A DNA stretch of 64,000 bases from an uncultured Gemmatimonadaceae bacterium (GTDB lineage: Bacteria; Gemmatimonadota; Gemmatimonadetes; Gemmatimonadales; Gemmatimonadaceae), in the NCBI GenBank assembly GCA_963829055.1, contig CAWHHI010000006.1:64001-128000 (forward strand), given 5' to 3'. The notes under the pieces were generated by a model. The model ran no database searches. It had not been told where the DNA came from and saw only the letters and a program-made list of their open reading frames with translations. Below are positions 37,201 through 45,867 of the stretch, one piece after another. A program made the translations under genes and the position numbers. The number at the start of each line of letters is the position of its first letter. The first letter of the stretch is position 1.

Positions 37201-39529
37201 GCGTTCGCGTCGTGGACGCTCGCGCTCGCGGTGATCGCGTTGCCGCGAGCGACCGGCGTGGCGCGCGGCGTCACGGAGCGGGCCGAGATCAATAGCCGAG
37301 CGATGCGGCGGCTCGCGATCATCCTCGGTGCGGTCGCGGCAATGGTCGTGCTCGTTGGCGCGGTCGTCGTGCGCTCGCTCTACCGGGCGACACATCGCGA
37401 GGTGGCGCCGTTCCAGCTCGCGACGTTCGCGGACGGACTGCGTGCCGCGGTCGAGCGCGCAGACATCGTGCAGACGTGGCGACTCGATCATTCCCGGCAT
37501 CGCGGCGCGCGGGAAGCTCGGCTACCGCGACGGCGACTTCGTGCTGGCGACGGTCGATCGCGCGAATGCGTTCGCGGCGAATCGCGCGGAGTACCGCTCG
37601 CACTGCGTGGAGCGCGCAGCGTGGCTCAAGGGCGACGCGTCGGGCGTGCAGGTGTCGGACGCGCCGTGCAAGGTGGATGCGCCGGTGGGCAGCGGCGGGC
37701 CGTGGACCGGACGGTTGATTGGCCGGTGGTGCGCCAGCAGTCGCCGGACAGAGATGCGCGCAAGGGTCGTCGAGGTGCAGTCGGACGTCGTGCTCGCGAG
37801 TGGCGCGAGTGGAGTCCTGCTGGCGCCTGACGCGGCGGACGTCGTGCGCGTCTCGTGTCGCGATACGACCGTCGCGTTCGGCGCGAGCGCCGAGATCGGC
37901 TGCATGCGCGACGCGCGGGTGCGTGCGCGACGGACCGCGAAGGGCGCGGTGGTCGATGTCGTGGCGGCCGGCGCAGGCGTGACGAAGAACGGCAACCCTC
38001 TCGCGTCAGGCGAGCGGCTCCGGTTCGGCGACGTCGATCGCGATCGACAGCACGGCGACGTGGGTCGTGGACGCGACGCCTCGCGGCTCGCTCGGGTATT
38101 CGCGCGAGCGCAACGGCCAGTCCGGTGCGCGCCATCATGCCGACGACGCCGGCGCTGCTGGCGCGTCTCGATTCGCTGCTGTCGGACGGGTTGCAGCTCG
38201 GGGCCCGTGCAGCGGCGTCCGACGTGACGCTGACTGTCGATCGCGCTGCCATCGATGCGGTGCAGCGTGGACTCGACCGACGTTGCGCAGACGCCGCGTC
38301 AGGCGGAGTGCGCCAGTGTTCGGCGATGCTCGTGGATGCCGAGACTGGTGACATTCTCGCGTTCGCGGATTGGGCGAAGCCCGGCGTCCGCGTGAGTCGT
38401 TTCGCGGCGCTCGATCACAACTTCCGGAATCATCGTGCGGCGTCGACCGTGAAGCCGTTCATCGCGGCGGCGGTGCTGAACGAGTATCCGTCGCTCAGGA
38501 CGCTCGTCGTCGATCATCCTGGCGATCGCTTCGCGAGCGCGGCCGGCTGGCCGTTGGGTTTCACGACGCCAATGAAGTCGGAGCTGCACGGGTGTGCGCG
38601 CGTGCCGGTCGGGTGGGATTGCTTCATTCCGAACTCGAACAATCTCTACGCCGTGACGCTCGGGTTCCTGGGCGCAGCGGAGCGCGGCCCGAACGGCCTG
38701 CCGGCGTTAGGTGGAGTGGCCGAGGGGCCGTGGTACGCCGTCGGTGGACAACGGATGGCGCAGCGCCCGAGGTTCGCGGTGCAGAATGGGCGTCGCGTGA
38801 TCGCGAGCTCTCCACTCGCGCACCAGCTCGAGACGCTGTTCGACGCTCGCATAGGACGGCAGGCCGGCGCGTTCGACGAGAGTCTGTGGAATCCGCTCAC
38901 GACTCGGCGGATGCTGCGCACGAATCCGCAGTGGCAGCTCGTGTCGCCGGACGTGCCGACGCTGCCGCTCGATTCGCCGCAGTTCTCGGATCTCCGCTAT
39001 CTCGCCGGCTTCATGATCGGCGAGAACGAGAACAACTGGAGCAACGCGGCGCTCGTGCGTGCGCTCGCCCGCATCATGAACGGGCGTGGCACGGAGCTGC
39101 GGCTGATCCAGCGTGTCGGCGACATCGGACTCGCGCCGATGGAGAAGGCGGGTGTGCGATTCGGCGCCGGCCGGGACGACTGTGCTGGCTGGCATGCGGG
39201 GCGTCGTTCGCGGAAGCGGCACGGCTGCGCGCACGACCGCGAACATGTTCGACGCTCCCGGATTCGACTTCTTCGGGAAGACGGGCACGCTCGAGAGTCA
39301 GCGCTTCGAGCCGCTCTCGCTGTTCCTGTTCGGCGGGCGTGATGGCCGCGCAAAGCCGCACGGGTGTCCGGTGGTCGGGATCGTGTACGTAGAGTCGGAG
39401 CGCGGCGCGGCGGAGCGCCTAACGGGTGTGTCGCTGTTCGCGGACGTGGTGGCGCCGGTGCTGCGGGAGCGTTACGGGTGGGGGGACAAACCATGCGTGA
39501 TCGCGCGTTCGGCTGGAGAGACGCCGTGA
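34231..39529 (+). CDS. Very large fusion: FHA-like beta domains + multi-TM FtsW/RodA (SEDS) domain + penicillin-binding transpeptidase; about 6 frameshifts
   Basis: SEDS motifs LTDNAFAVFVLSEHGFVG and LPLTGQNLPLLG; PBP motifs ASTVKP (SxxK), SNN (SxN), GKTGT (KTG); coding continues by frame switches near 34940, 36365, 36890, 37475, 38035, 38125 and 39175. Confidence 0.72.
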
Positions 39530-39534
39530 GTGTT

Positions 39535-39658
39535 TGTCATTCCGAGCGAGCGCAAGCGAGTCGAGGAATCGTCGTCGTCCCGGTCGAGAGGCCCGTCTGA
39601 CTCGGTGAGCGCATCGCGATTCCTCGACTCCGGCCTGCGGCCTCCGCTCGGAATGACA
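39535..39658. repeat. REP-like palindrome
   Basis: Same family ends. Confidence 0.88.
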
Positions 39659-40702
39659 ATCGCTCCGACTCGCTTCTGCGCTGGGCTCGGGATGACTGCG
39701 CTCATCCTCGGCTCCAGTGCGTGCAACCGCGGCGCTCGATGTCGTGCGCGAGCAATTCGCCGGTCGATCGCGCTCGACGATCGATTCTCTCTCCGCGCAG
39801 AACGCATCGCTCCAGCGGCAGATGGTGGTCTTCGAGCGCATCTCGGCCGAGAAGGACACGTTGCTGCGGGAGGTGCGGGACGCGCACGTCCTCATCGAGG
39901 CCGTAGCGGAGCAGCTGCGACGGATGGACGGCTCGCCGATGGAGTTCGAGTCGGTAGACTCGGCCGGTATGACCACGACGGGCACGTCGATGGGAGCAGC
40001 GGCGGGCGGGTCGGACAGCGTCGTTGCCGCCGGAGGTGACGTCGGTGTCGATGCGGCAGGCGAGATCCCGGCCGGCCCCGGCACCTATCGCGACGCGATG
40101 CTCAGCAAGCTCGAGGGCGTTAGGCGTCGCCTGGCCGACGTCGAGGACAGCTCGCGCGTGCGTGGCGAGCGGCTGCTCGAAGCCGCGCAAGACAACGATC
40201 GCCTGCGTGCCCAGATCGAGGAGCACCTTCGCACGATCGAGGGGCAGAAGGATCTGATCGCGACCTATCTCGTGCGGATCACGGAGCTCGAGACGCAGGT
40301 CACGGCGCTCACGGATTCGACGCGCAAGCTGACGGAAGCGAACGAGGTGCTGAGTGACTCGCTTCGGCGCATCACGTCGCGGGCGAATACGGCGTGGTAC
40401 GTGGTCGGGACGCGCGCGGAGTTGGTGCGCTCCGGCGTGCTCACGGAGGAAGGCGGGATCCTCGGCTTCGGAAAGAGCCTGGCGCCGTCGCGGGCCATGT
40501 CGCGCAACGTGTTCACGCGCATCGACCGGCTCCGTGATACGGTGATTGCGCTACCGATCGGCGAAAGAGTACCGGATCGTGTCGCGACATGATCCGGGGC
40601 TGGTGTCGGTGACGACATCGCCCTCCGGCGGGACGATGCGAGATCAAGGAGCCGGAGCGGTTCTGGAGTGCATCAGGTTGGCTGATCGTCATCTACGACT
40701 GA
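39653..40702 (+). CDS. Coiled-coil lipoprotein (Cbp1-like C-terminus), frameshifted
   Basis: Lipobox-like GSSAC, heptad region, WYVVGTRAEL..GGILGFGK..FTRID..SRH..ERFWSAS.WLIVI. Confidence 0.6.
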
Positions 40703-40817
40703 CTCGCATTGTGCTCGCCGGGAAGCGGCTGGCGTCCGGCGGCGGCATGGCCAGTACCAAGTGCGTCAGCCGCTCAGTCGCCGGTCATCAGGCTTCAGTC
40801 CCCGTATCCGCCGGCTG

Positions 40818-40930
40818 TGTCATTCCGAGCGGAGGCCGCAGGCCCGGAGTCGAGGAATCGCTCGCTCGCCGATAAGGGCCCTCTATCGGGAGAGCAGGAT
40901 TCCTCGACTTCGGCCTCGCACCGCTCGGCA
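40818..40930. repeat. REP-like palindrome
   Basis: TGTCATTCCGAGCG..GAGGAATC..GATTCCTCGAC..CGCTCGGCATG. Confidence 0.85.
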
Positions 40931-40957
40931 TGCGCCGTCGGCTCCGCGAAGCTGACA

Positions 40958-42107
40958 CTACGCGCGGTTCGGACAGTTTCGCGTCCGTCTGCAGGTCGCG
41001 CCAGCGTCTTCGGCCGCGCGTGTTTCTCTCCGCCCGTTTGTCTTGAAGACTCGGAGTAGGTACCAGAGCGACGGGATGAGGATCACCGCCCCTCCCGCGA
41101 GGACTGCCAGGTTGCTCTCCAGCGTCTCCACCGGCGCAGCGGCGGCATCGATCGTTAGGCTCGGCGGAATGATCAGCGGGAACTGCGCGAGCGCCCATCC
41201 CCAGAGGATCAGCGTTACCCATCCTGCTGCCGCGACGCGCGCGAAACGGTAGTGTCGCCGGACGAGCGCGAACACCGCGGCGGCCGCCGCGAGTGCCGAT
41301 CCGACCAGAAGCGGCAGCGACCACCCGACGCCGATCAGGCGTGCCATCACGCCGCCTCGCGCCACACCTAACGCCAACGCGATCAGCGCCGTGATCGCCG
41401 CCGCCGCGGCAGCACCGAGGGCTCGGCGGCGGAAGTCGTCCTGCAGGTCGGTGTTGCCGTCGGCCTCGACGGTCAGATACGTCGCGGCGAGGAACGAGAA
41501 TAGCGCCAGCGTCATCGCGCCGACCGCGAGCGTGAACGGAGAGATCCACGGGTTCACGTAGAGCGCCGCGAAACTGACCGGCGCCGCCGCGCTACCGGCA
41601 TCCGGCAACGCGGCCGCCCGCCCGGTGCCGATACTCGCGAGTGCGGATCCCGACGCTACCCGATACTACCGCGCCGACGATCATCCCGAGCACTATCGGC
41701 GTTATCAGGCTCGAGGCGGCGAACACCTGTCCCCACCTCCGTTGCTCGGTGCGTGGGCCGTACGAGTACGATCGGAAGATGAACGCCGAGCCGCGGAGCA
41801 CGATGCCCACGAGCATGAGGGACAGTGGGATGTGCAGAATCGTCCCGAACGCCGCGAACGCCGGCGGGAAGCACACGAACAGCACGACCACGACCACGAT
41901 GAGCCACACGTGGTTCGCTTCCCAGATCGGGCCGATCGCCTTCGAGATCAGCGAGCGCTGTTGCTCGCGTCGCGGGCCCGTGGCCAGGAGATCCCACACG
42001 CCGCCGCCGAAGTCCGCGCCGCCGAACAACACGTACGCGTTCAGCGCGACGACGACGACCCACGCCGTCAGCTCGGCCACCGTCAGGTTGGCGATGATGT
42101 CGAGCAT
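40958..42107 (-). CDS. cydB: Cytochrome bd ubiquinol oxidase subunit II (frameshift ~41620)
   Basis: GADFGGGVW, IGPIWEANHVWL, LRGSAF. Confidence 0.9.
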
Positions 42108-43432
42108 CAGTGGTCCGACTCGGAGGCGGAGGTGGGCGTGCGCACGATCTGTTGTCGCACCATGTACACGACGATGAGGCCCAGCAGGACGTAGAGCAGC
42201 GTGAACGTGAGGAACGGGACGACGAGGCCCGGCATCGGCGACACGGCGTCGGCGGTGCGGAGGACGCCGTACACGATCCACGGCTGCCGCCCGACTTCCG
42301 TGACCGTCCAGCCGGCTTCGATCGCGATGAAGCCCATGGGCGTCGCGAGCGCGAGTGCGCGCAGCAACAGGCGATCGTCGGCGAGCGCCTGCGTCGCGCG
42401 ACCGCGCCACCAGCGCCACAGCGTCCAGACGCTCACGAGCGCCATGTACGTGCCTAACGCCACCATGATCTGGAACGCGATGTGGACGATCGCCACCGGC
42501 GGCCACTCGTCGCGCGGAATCGAGTCCAGCCCTTTCACTTCCGCGCGCGGGTCATGAAAGGCGAGCAGGGAGAGGCCGTACGGAATCTTGATGGCCCAGC
42601 GTGTCTCGCGCCGGTCGACGTCGGGCCAGCCGCCAATGTGGAGCGGCGCACCAGCCCGCGTGTCGAAGTGAGCCTCGAGCGCGGCGAGCTTGGCGGGCTG
42701 CGCGCGCGCGACGTAGCGAGCGCTGAGGTCGCCGGACAGTGGCTGGAGGATCGCGGCCGGCGCGCCAACCGCGAGCGCGACCGCCAGTGCGCGCCGATGG
42801 AAAACGGTGTTCTGCCCGCGCAGGATCTGGATCGCGTGAATGCCGGCGACGGCGAGCCCGGTCGCGGCGTACGCGGCGAGCGTCATGTGAAGCGTCTGGG
42901 AGAACGCCGCCTCGTTCGCCATGGCGGCGAGCGGCCTAACGTTGATCGCCTTGCCGCCGACCATATCGAATCCCGCCGGCGAATTCATCCACGCGTTCGC
43001 GATGACGACGAAGATCCCCGACAGCACGCCACTCAGCGCGACGATGATCCCGGCGGCGAGATGCGCGGCGCGGCTCACGCGATCCCACGCGTACAGGTAG
43101 ATCCCGAGGAAGATCGCTTCGGTGAAGAACGCGAATCCTTCCAGCGAGAACGGCATCCCGAAGATCGGCCCGGCGAATTGCATGAAGCTCGGCCAGAGGA
43201 GGCCGAGCTCGAAGGAGAGAACCGTCCCCGACACGGCGCCGACGGCGAACAGGATCGCGGCGCCCTTGGACCAGCGCTTCGCGAGGTCGAGGTACGTCGC
43301 TTCGCCGGTGCGCATCCAGCGCCATTCCGCGATGACCATGAGGAGTGGCAGCCCGATCCCGATCACCGAGAAGACGATGTGGAACGCGAGCGACATGGCC
43401 ATCTGACTGCGCGCGGCGAGCAGATCGGACAT
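42107..43432 (-). CDS. cydA: Cytochrome bd ubiquinol oxidase subunit I (short Q-loop/CioA type)
   Basis: FHIVF, GAVSGTVLSFE, QPAKLAALE, EAGWTVTEVGRQPW. Confidence 0.93.
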   Translation of the reverse strand: MSDLLAARSQMAMSLAFHIVFSVIGIGLPLLMVIAEWRWMRTGEATYLDLAKRWSKGAAILFAVGAVSGTVLSFELGLLWPSFMQFAGPIFGMPFSLEGFAFFTEAIFLGIYLYAWDRVSRAAHLAAGIIVALSGVLSGIFVVIANAWMNSPAGFDMVGGKAINVRPLAAMANEAAFSQTLHMTLAAYAATGLAVAGIHAIQILRGQNTVFHRRALAVALAVGAPAAILQPLSGDLSARYVARAQPAKLAALEAHFDTRAGAPLHIGGWPDVDRRETRWAIKIPYGLSLLAFHDPRAEVKGLDSIPRDEWPPVAIVHIAFQIMVALGTYMALVSVWTLWRWWRGRATQALADDRLLLRALALATPMGFIAIEAGWTVTEVGRQPWIVYGVLRTADAVSPMPGLVVPFLTFTLLYVLLGLIVVYMVRQQIVRTPTSASESDH

Positions 43433-43477
43433 CGGATGGGGTATCAGGCGTTCGTCACACGACGCGGAGCGGACCCG

Positions 43478-43627
43478 TGTCATTCCGAGCGAGCGCAGCC
43501 GGGAGCCACGGAACGTGGGCAGATGAGGAATCCTTGGCGTCCCGGTAGAGAGCCCTCGACCGGTACGATCGCGATTCCTCGAGCGCCCAGAGGCACCCGC
43601 GGCCTGCGGCCTCCGCTCGGAATGACA
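43478..43627. repeat. REP-like palindrome
   Basis: Same family ends. Confidence 0.85.
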
Positions 43628-43640
43628 AATGAATCTAGTC

Positions 43641-43670
43641 TTGACAACGAACGGGGGTCGATGCTAGTGT
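43641..43670 (+). promoter_or_regulatory. Sigma70-type promoter for the ncRNA/Ro60 locus
   Basis: TTGACA-N18-TAGTGT with extended -10 TG. Confidence 0.6.
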
Positions 43671-43682
43671 GCGCCCCTTGGG

Positions 43683-44195
43683 AGTCGCGTCCCGATGTTC
43701 ACGGCACGCCGCGCACTGCGCGGAGGTGCCACCTCGACCATTCACCGCACGGTCGAGCGAGCATCGAGGGCGCGACTTTGCGTTTCTGGGTGACCGGTGT
43801 CGCGGTGCCGGGGTCTGGCTAGTCACCTGCGGATCGAGCTCCCGCGTGCGCGCACGAGTACAACGCGAGTGCGCAGCAGCGATCCGTTGAACCAATAGAT
43901 GTGAAGCACCAAGGAATCTCTTCGAATGAAACCAACCATTTATCTCCCACTCGCCAATCGCGACGTCAGCGGCCCGTGCCGCTCGAGCGCGAGCTTGCCC
44001 GCGCGCTTCGGCGTCGGGCGGAGTGAGATGCATGGTCTGTGGATCGAGACCGAAGGCAGGCAAGTGGGCACGAAGGATCAACGCACGCAGAGTGCGGGTG
44101 GCTCAGGGGAGAAGCGAACGCCGTAGCGTATCGCGATCGTCCGAGCGAGGAGCGAATCAATCGCCCCACCTGCGCAACGCTGCAGGTGGGGCGAT
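43683..44195 (+). ncRNA. Candidate large structured non-coding RNA of unknown family
   Basis: No credible ORF; multiple long helices and crossing pairings directly after the promoter. Confidence 0.45.
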
Positions 44196-44284
44196 CTGCA
44201 TCTGGTGGCCCAAGTCGTTGGCTGTGTGATGGTTGTTGGTCGCTGTTTGACAATCGAACGTCCGGAATTTGGAAGTTGTTCAGA

Positions 44285-44386
44285 GACTTCACCGTCGGCC
44301 GGCGGGAGTGTGGCGCCAACAGCGTTAGGCGAACGCGACTCCCTGTGCTGCGAGCGATTCTGCTCCCGTCGTGCCTCGGTGAAGTC
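44285..44386 (+). ncRNA. Y RNA-like long stem
   Basis: GACTTCACCG/CGGTGAAGTC and GGCCGGCGGGAG/CTCCCGTCGTGCC pair; sits in the Ro60 locus. Confidence 0.5.
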
Positions 44387-44392
44387 CCATGT

Positions 44393-44467
44393 GCCGCCGT
44401 AGCTCAGTGGATCCAGAGCACCTGGTTACGACCCAGGGGGTCGCGTGTTCAAGTCACGCCGGCGGTT
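44393..44467 (+). tRNA. tRNA-Arg(ACG), CCA not encoded
   Basis: GCCGCCG/CGGCGGT, GCTC/GAGC, CCTGG-TTACGAC-CCAGG, GCGTG-TTCAAGT-CACGC. Confidence 0.85.
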
Positions 44468-44476
44468 CCTTTTGAT

Positions 44477-44603
44477 GGGCCTGTAGCTCAGTTGGTAGAG
44501 CACCAACAAACACCCTTGCCGTTTTCGTCCGCCTAACGGGCCGCAGGTGGAGGGTTATCGCCTTCAACGCGGGAGGTCGCAGGTTCGAGTCCTGCCAGGT
44601 CCA
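44477..44603 (+). ncRNA. tRNA/Y RNA chimera: tRNA cloverleaf (anticodon TCA) with a 54-nt Ro-binding-like helix inserted in the anticodon stem
   Basis: GGGCCTG/CAGGTCC, GCTC/GAGC, GCAGG-TTCGAGT-CCTGC; insert 44505-44558 with CGTCCG/CGGGC[C]G. Confidence 0.75.
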
Positions 44604-44607
44604 TATT

Positions 44608-44771
44608 TGTCATTCCGAGCGGTGATGTCATTCCGAGCGAGCGCAGCGAGTCGAGGAATCGCGATCATATCGGTAGAGGGCCCTCTATCGGGACGAGTCG
44701 CGATTCCTCGACTCGCTTCGCTCGCTCGGAATGACTACCCGCTCGGAATGACATCGCCCGCTCGGAATGAT
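44608..44771. repeat. REP-like palindrome with duplicated ends
   Basis: Same family. Confidence 0.9.
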
Positions 44772-44806
44772 TGCGACGTGTATGGGCTTTTGCCGCACGT
44801 CGTCCG

Positions 44807-44921
44807 GGGATCGTAGTTCAACGTCAGAACGCGCCACCGCCGCACGAGTCCTTTGCCCGACGAGGGCCGACGAGTGCGGATGAACGGTGGCGAGATGCGG
44901 GTTCGACTCCCGCCGATTGCC
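44807..44921 (+). ncRNA. Second tRNA/Y RNA chimera: anticodon loop replaced by an extended helix ending in a bulged-C stem
   Basis: GGGATCG/CGATTGC, GTTC/GAAC, CGCCACCG/CGGTGGCG, CCGCAC/GTGCGG, TTGCCC/GGGC[C]GA, GCGGG-TTCGACT-CCCGC. Confidence 0.72.
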
Positions 44922-45025
44922 GGTGGTACTTGTAGGACAAATCTGCGATTCGGATGGTCGCCTAACGGGCCCGGCTGGCTTCTTGGCGCATTCGAACGGC
45001 GGCCGCAGATAACTGAAACCGCAAT

Positions 45026-45392
45026 TCACCGCGGAGGACGCTGAGGACCGCATCGCAACCATCTCAGACGAAAAACGCGAACGGATTCGCCGGATCGGCC
45101 GGATCGACTCCGAGGAGAGGCGGGTCGGCGTATCGCAACGAGCCCTTTGAAGGGGAACAGCACGCACCAGTGGCGGGTCATCCCGAGCGGCAGCGTTTGT
45201 CATCCCGAGCGCAGCGAGGGATCTTCTCGAACGTCATCGTAGCCAGTCCGGCCACGATGCCATCACACAAGGTCCCTCGTCGCTAGCGCTCCTCGGGATG
45301 ACCACGGAATCAATCCGCCAGATCAGACGAATCCGTTCGCGTCCTTCGTCTGAGGTGGTTGCCGAAGCAGTCCTCGGCGTCCTCCGCGGTGA
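45026..45392. repeat. Nested palindrome: ~85-bp outer inverted arms enclosing a REP-like element (45178-45302)
   Basis: TCACCGCGGAGGACGCTGAGGAC..AACGGATTCG pairs with CGAATCCGTT..GTCCTCGGCGTCCTCCGCGGTGA. Confidence 0.8.
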
Positions 45393-45499
45393 CATGGCCG
45401 TTGGCGTCGCCCGCGTTCGGCCGATGACCCTTGTCGGTCGTCGTCCAGCTCACGCGTCCGAAAGGCGGAGCAGGCCACCGCTGGCAACAGTCGTATCTC

Positions 45500-45615
45500 A
45501 GTCGTGGAGCCGAAGGGCGGTTCCCTCTCCAGTGCCTCGCCCGACCCATCGGGCCGATAGACGAGGGTTATCTGGTCAAGCGGGTTCGAATCCCGACGCT
45601 CTTCGCTTCACGACT
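45500..45615 (+). ncRNA. Y RNA (YrlA-related) candidate with two bulged-C helices and a T-arm
   Basis: AGTCGTGGAGC[C]GAAGGGCG/CGCTCTTCGCTTCACGACT; inner TCGCCCGA/TCGGGC[C]GA; GAGGGTTATC; CGGG-TTCGAAT-CCCG. Confidence 0.65.
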
Positions 45616-45634
45616 CGCTTGCACGACTCGCTTC

Positions 45635-45828
45635 GCCGAGTGGGTCGACGAGGCTCGATTATCGATGACACTCGGACTCCGAAAGGAGCAATTCGAGCCC
45701 GCTACCTCATCCGCTCGGCTACATCGTCCCCGGTCTTCGGGTCGACGCAGCGTGGGTTATCGGACCGTGCGCGGAGCTGGATCCAAACAGTTCCACATGG
45801 CAACCCCACCGCATCAACTCATCCGAAG
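45635..45828 (+). ncRNA. Two further Y-like stems (45635-45719 and 45735-45828)
   Basis: GCCGAGTGGGT/ATCCGCTCGGC; CTTCGGGT/ATCCGAAG with GTGGGTTATC. Confidence 0.45.
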
Positions 45829-45867
45829 GCCATTCACTCCCATCACCCTCGACCAAGGAGGCGAGAG

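Noticed and set aside
43648..43661. CGAACGGGGGTCGA as a Gram-positive-type LexA box
   Set aside because: The right half does not match GTTCG, and I do not know the LexA motif for this lineage.
43683..43900. 6S RNA (CGATGTTC and TTGAACC words)
   Set aside because: The pairings give several separate domains, not a single ~180-nt rod with a central bubble.
44505..44558. Group I or archaeal BHB tRNA intron
   Set aside because: It is far too short for group I and shows no clear bulge-helix-bulge at the junctions. It is better explained as a Y-like helix.
44477..44603. tRNA-Sec because of the UCA anticodon
   Set aside because: It has a 7-bp acceptor stem, a short variable loop and a standard D arm, and no sel genes are in the window.
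45298..45867. 190-aa N-terminal extension of the Ro60 ORF in the ORF track
   Set aside because: It starts inside a repeat and crosses structured RNA elements. A strong RBS and Ro60 homology begin at ATG 45868.
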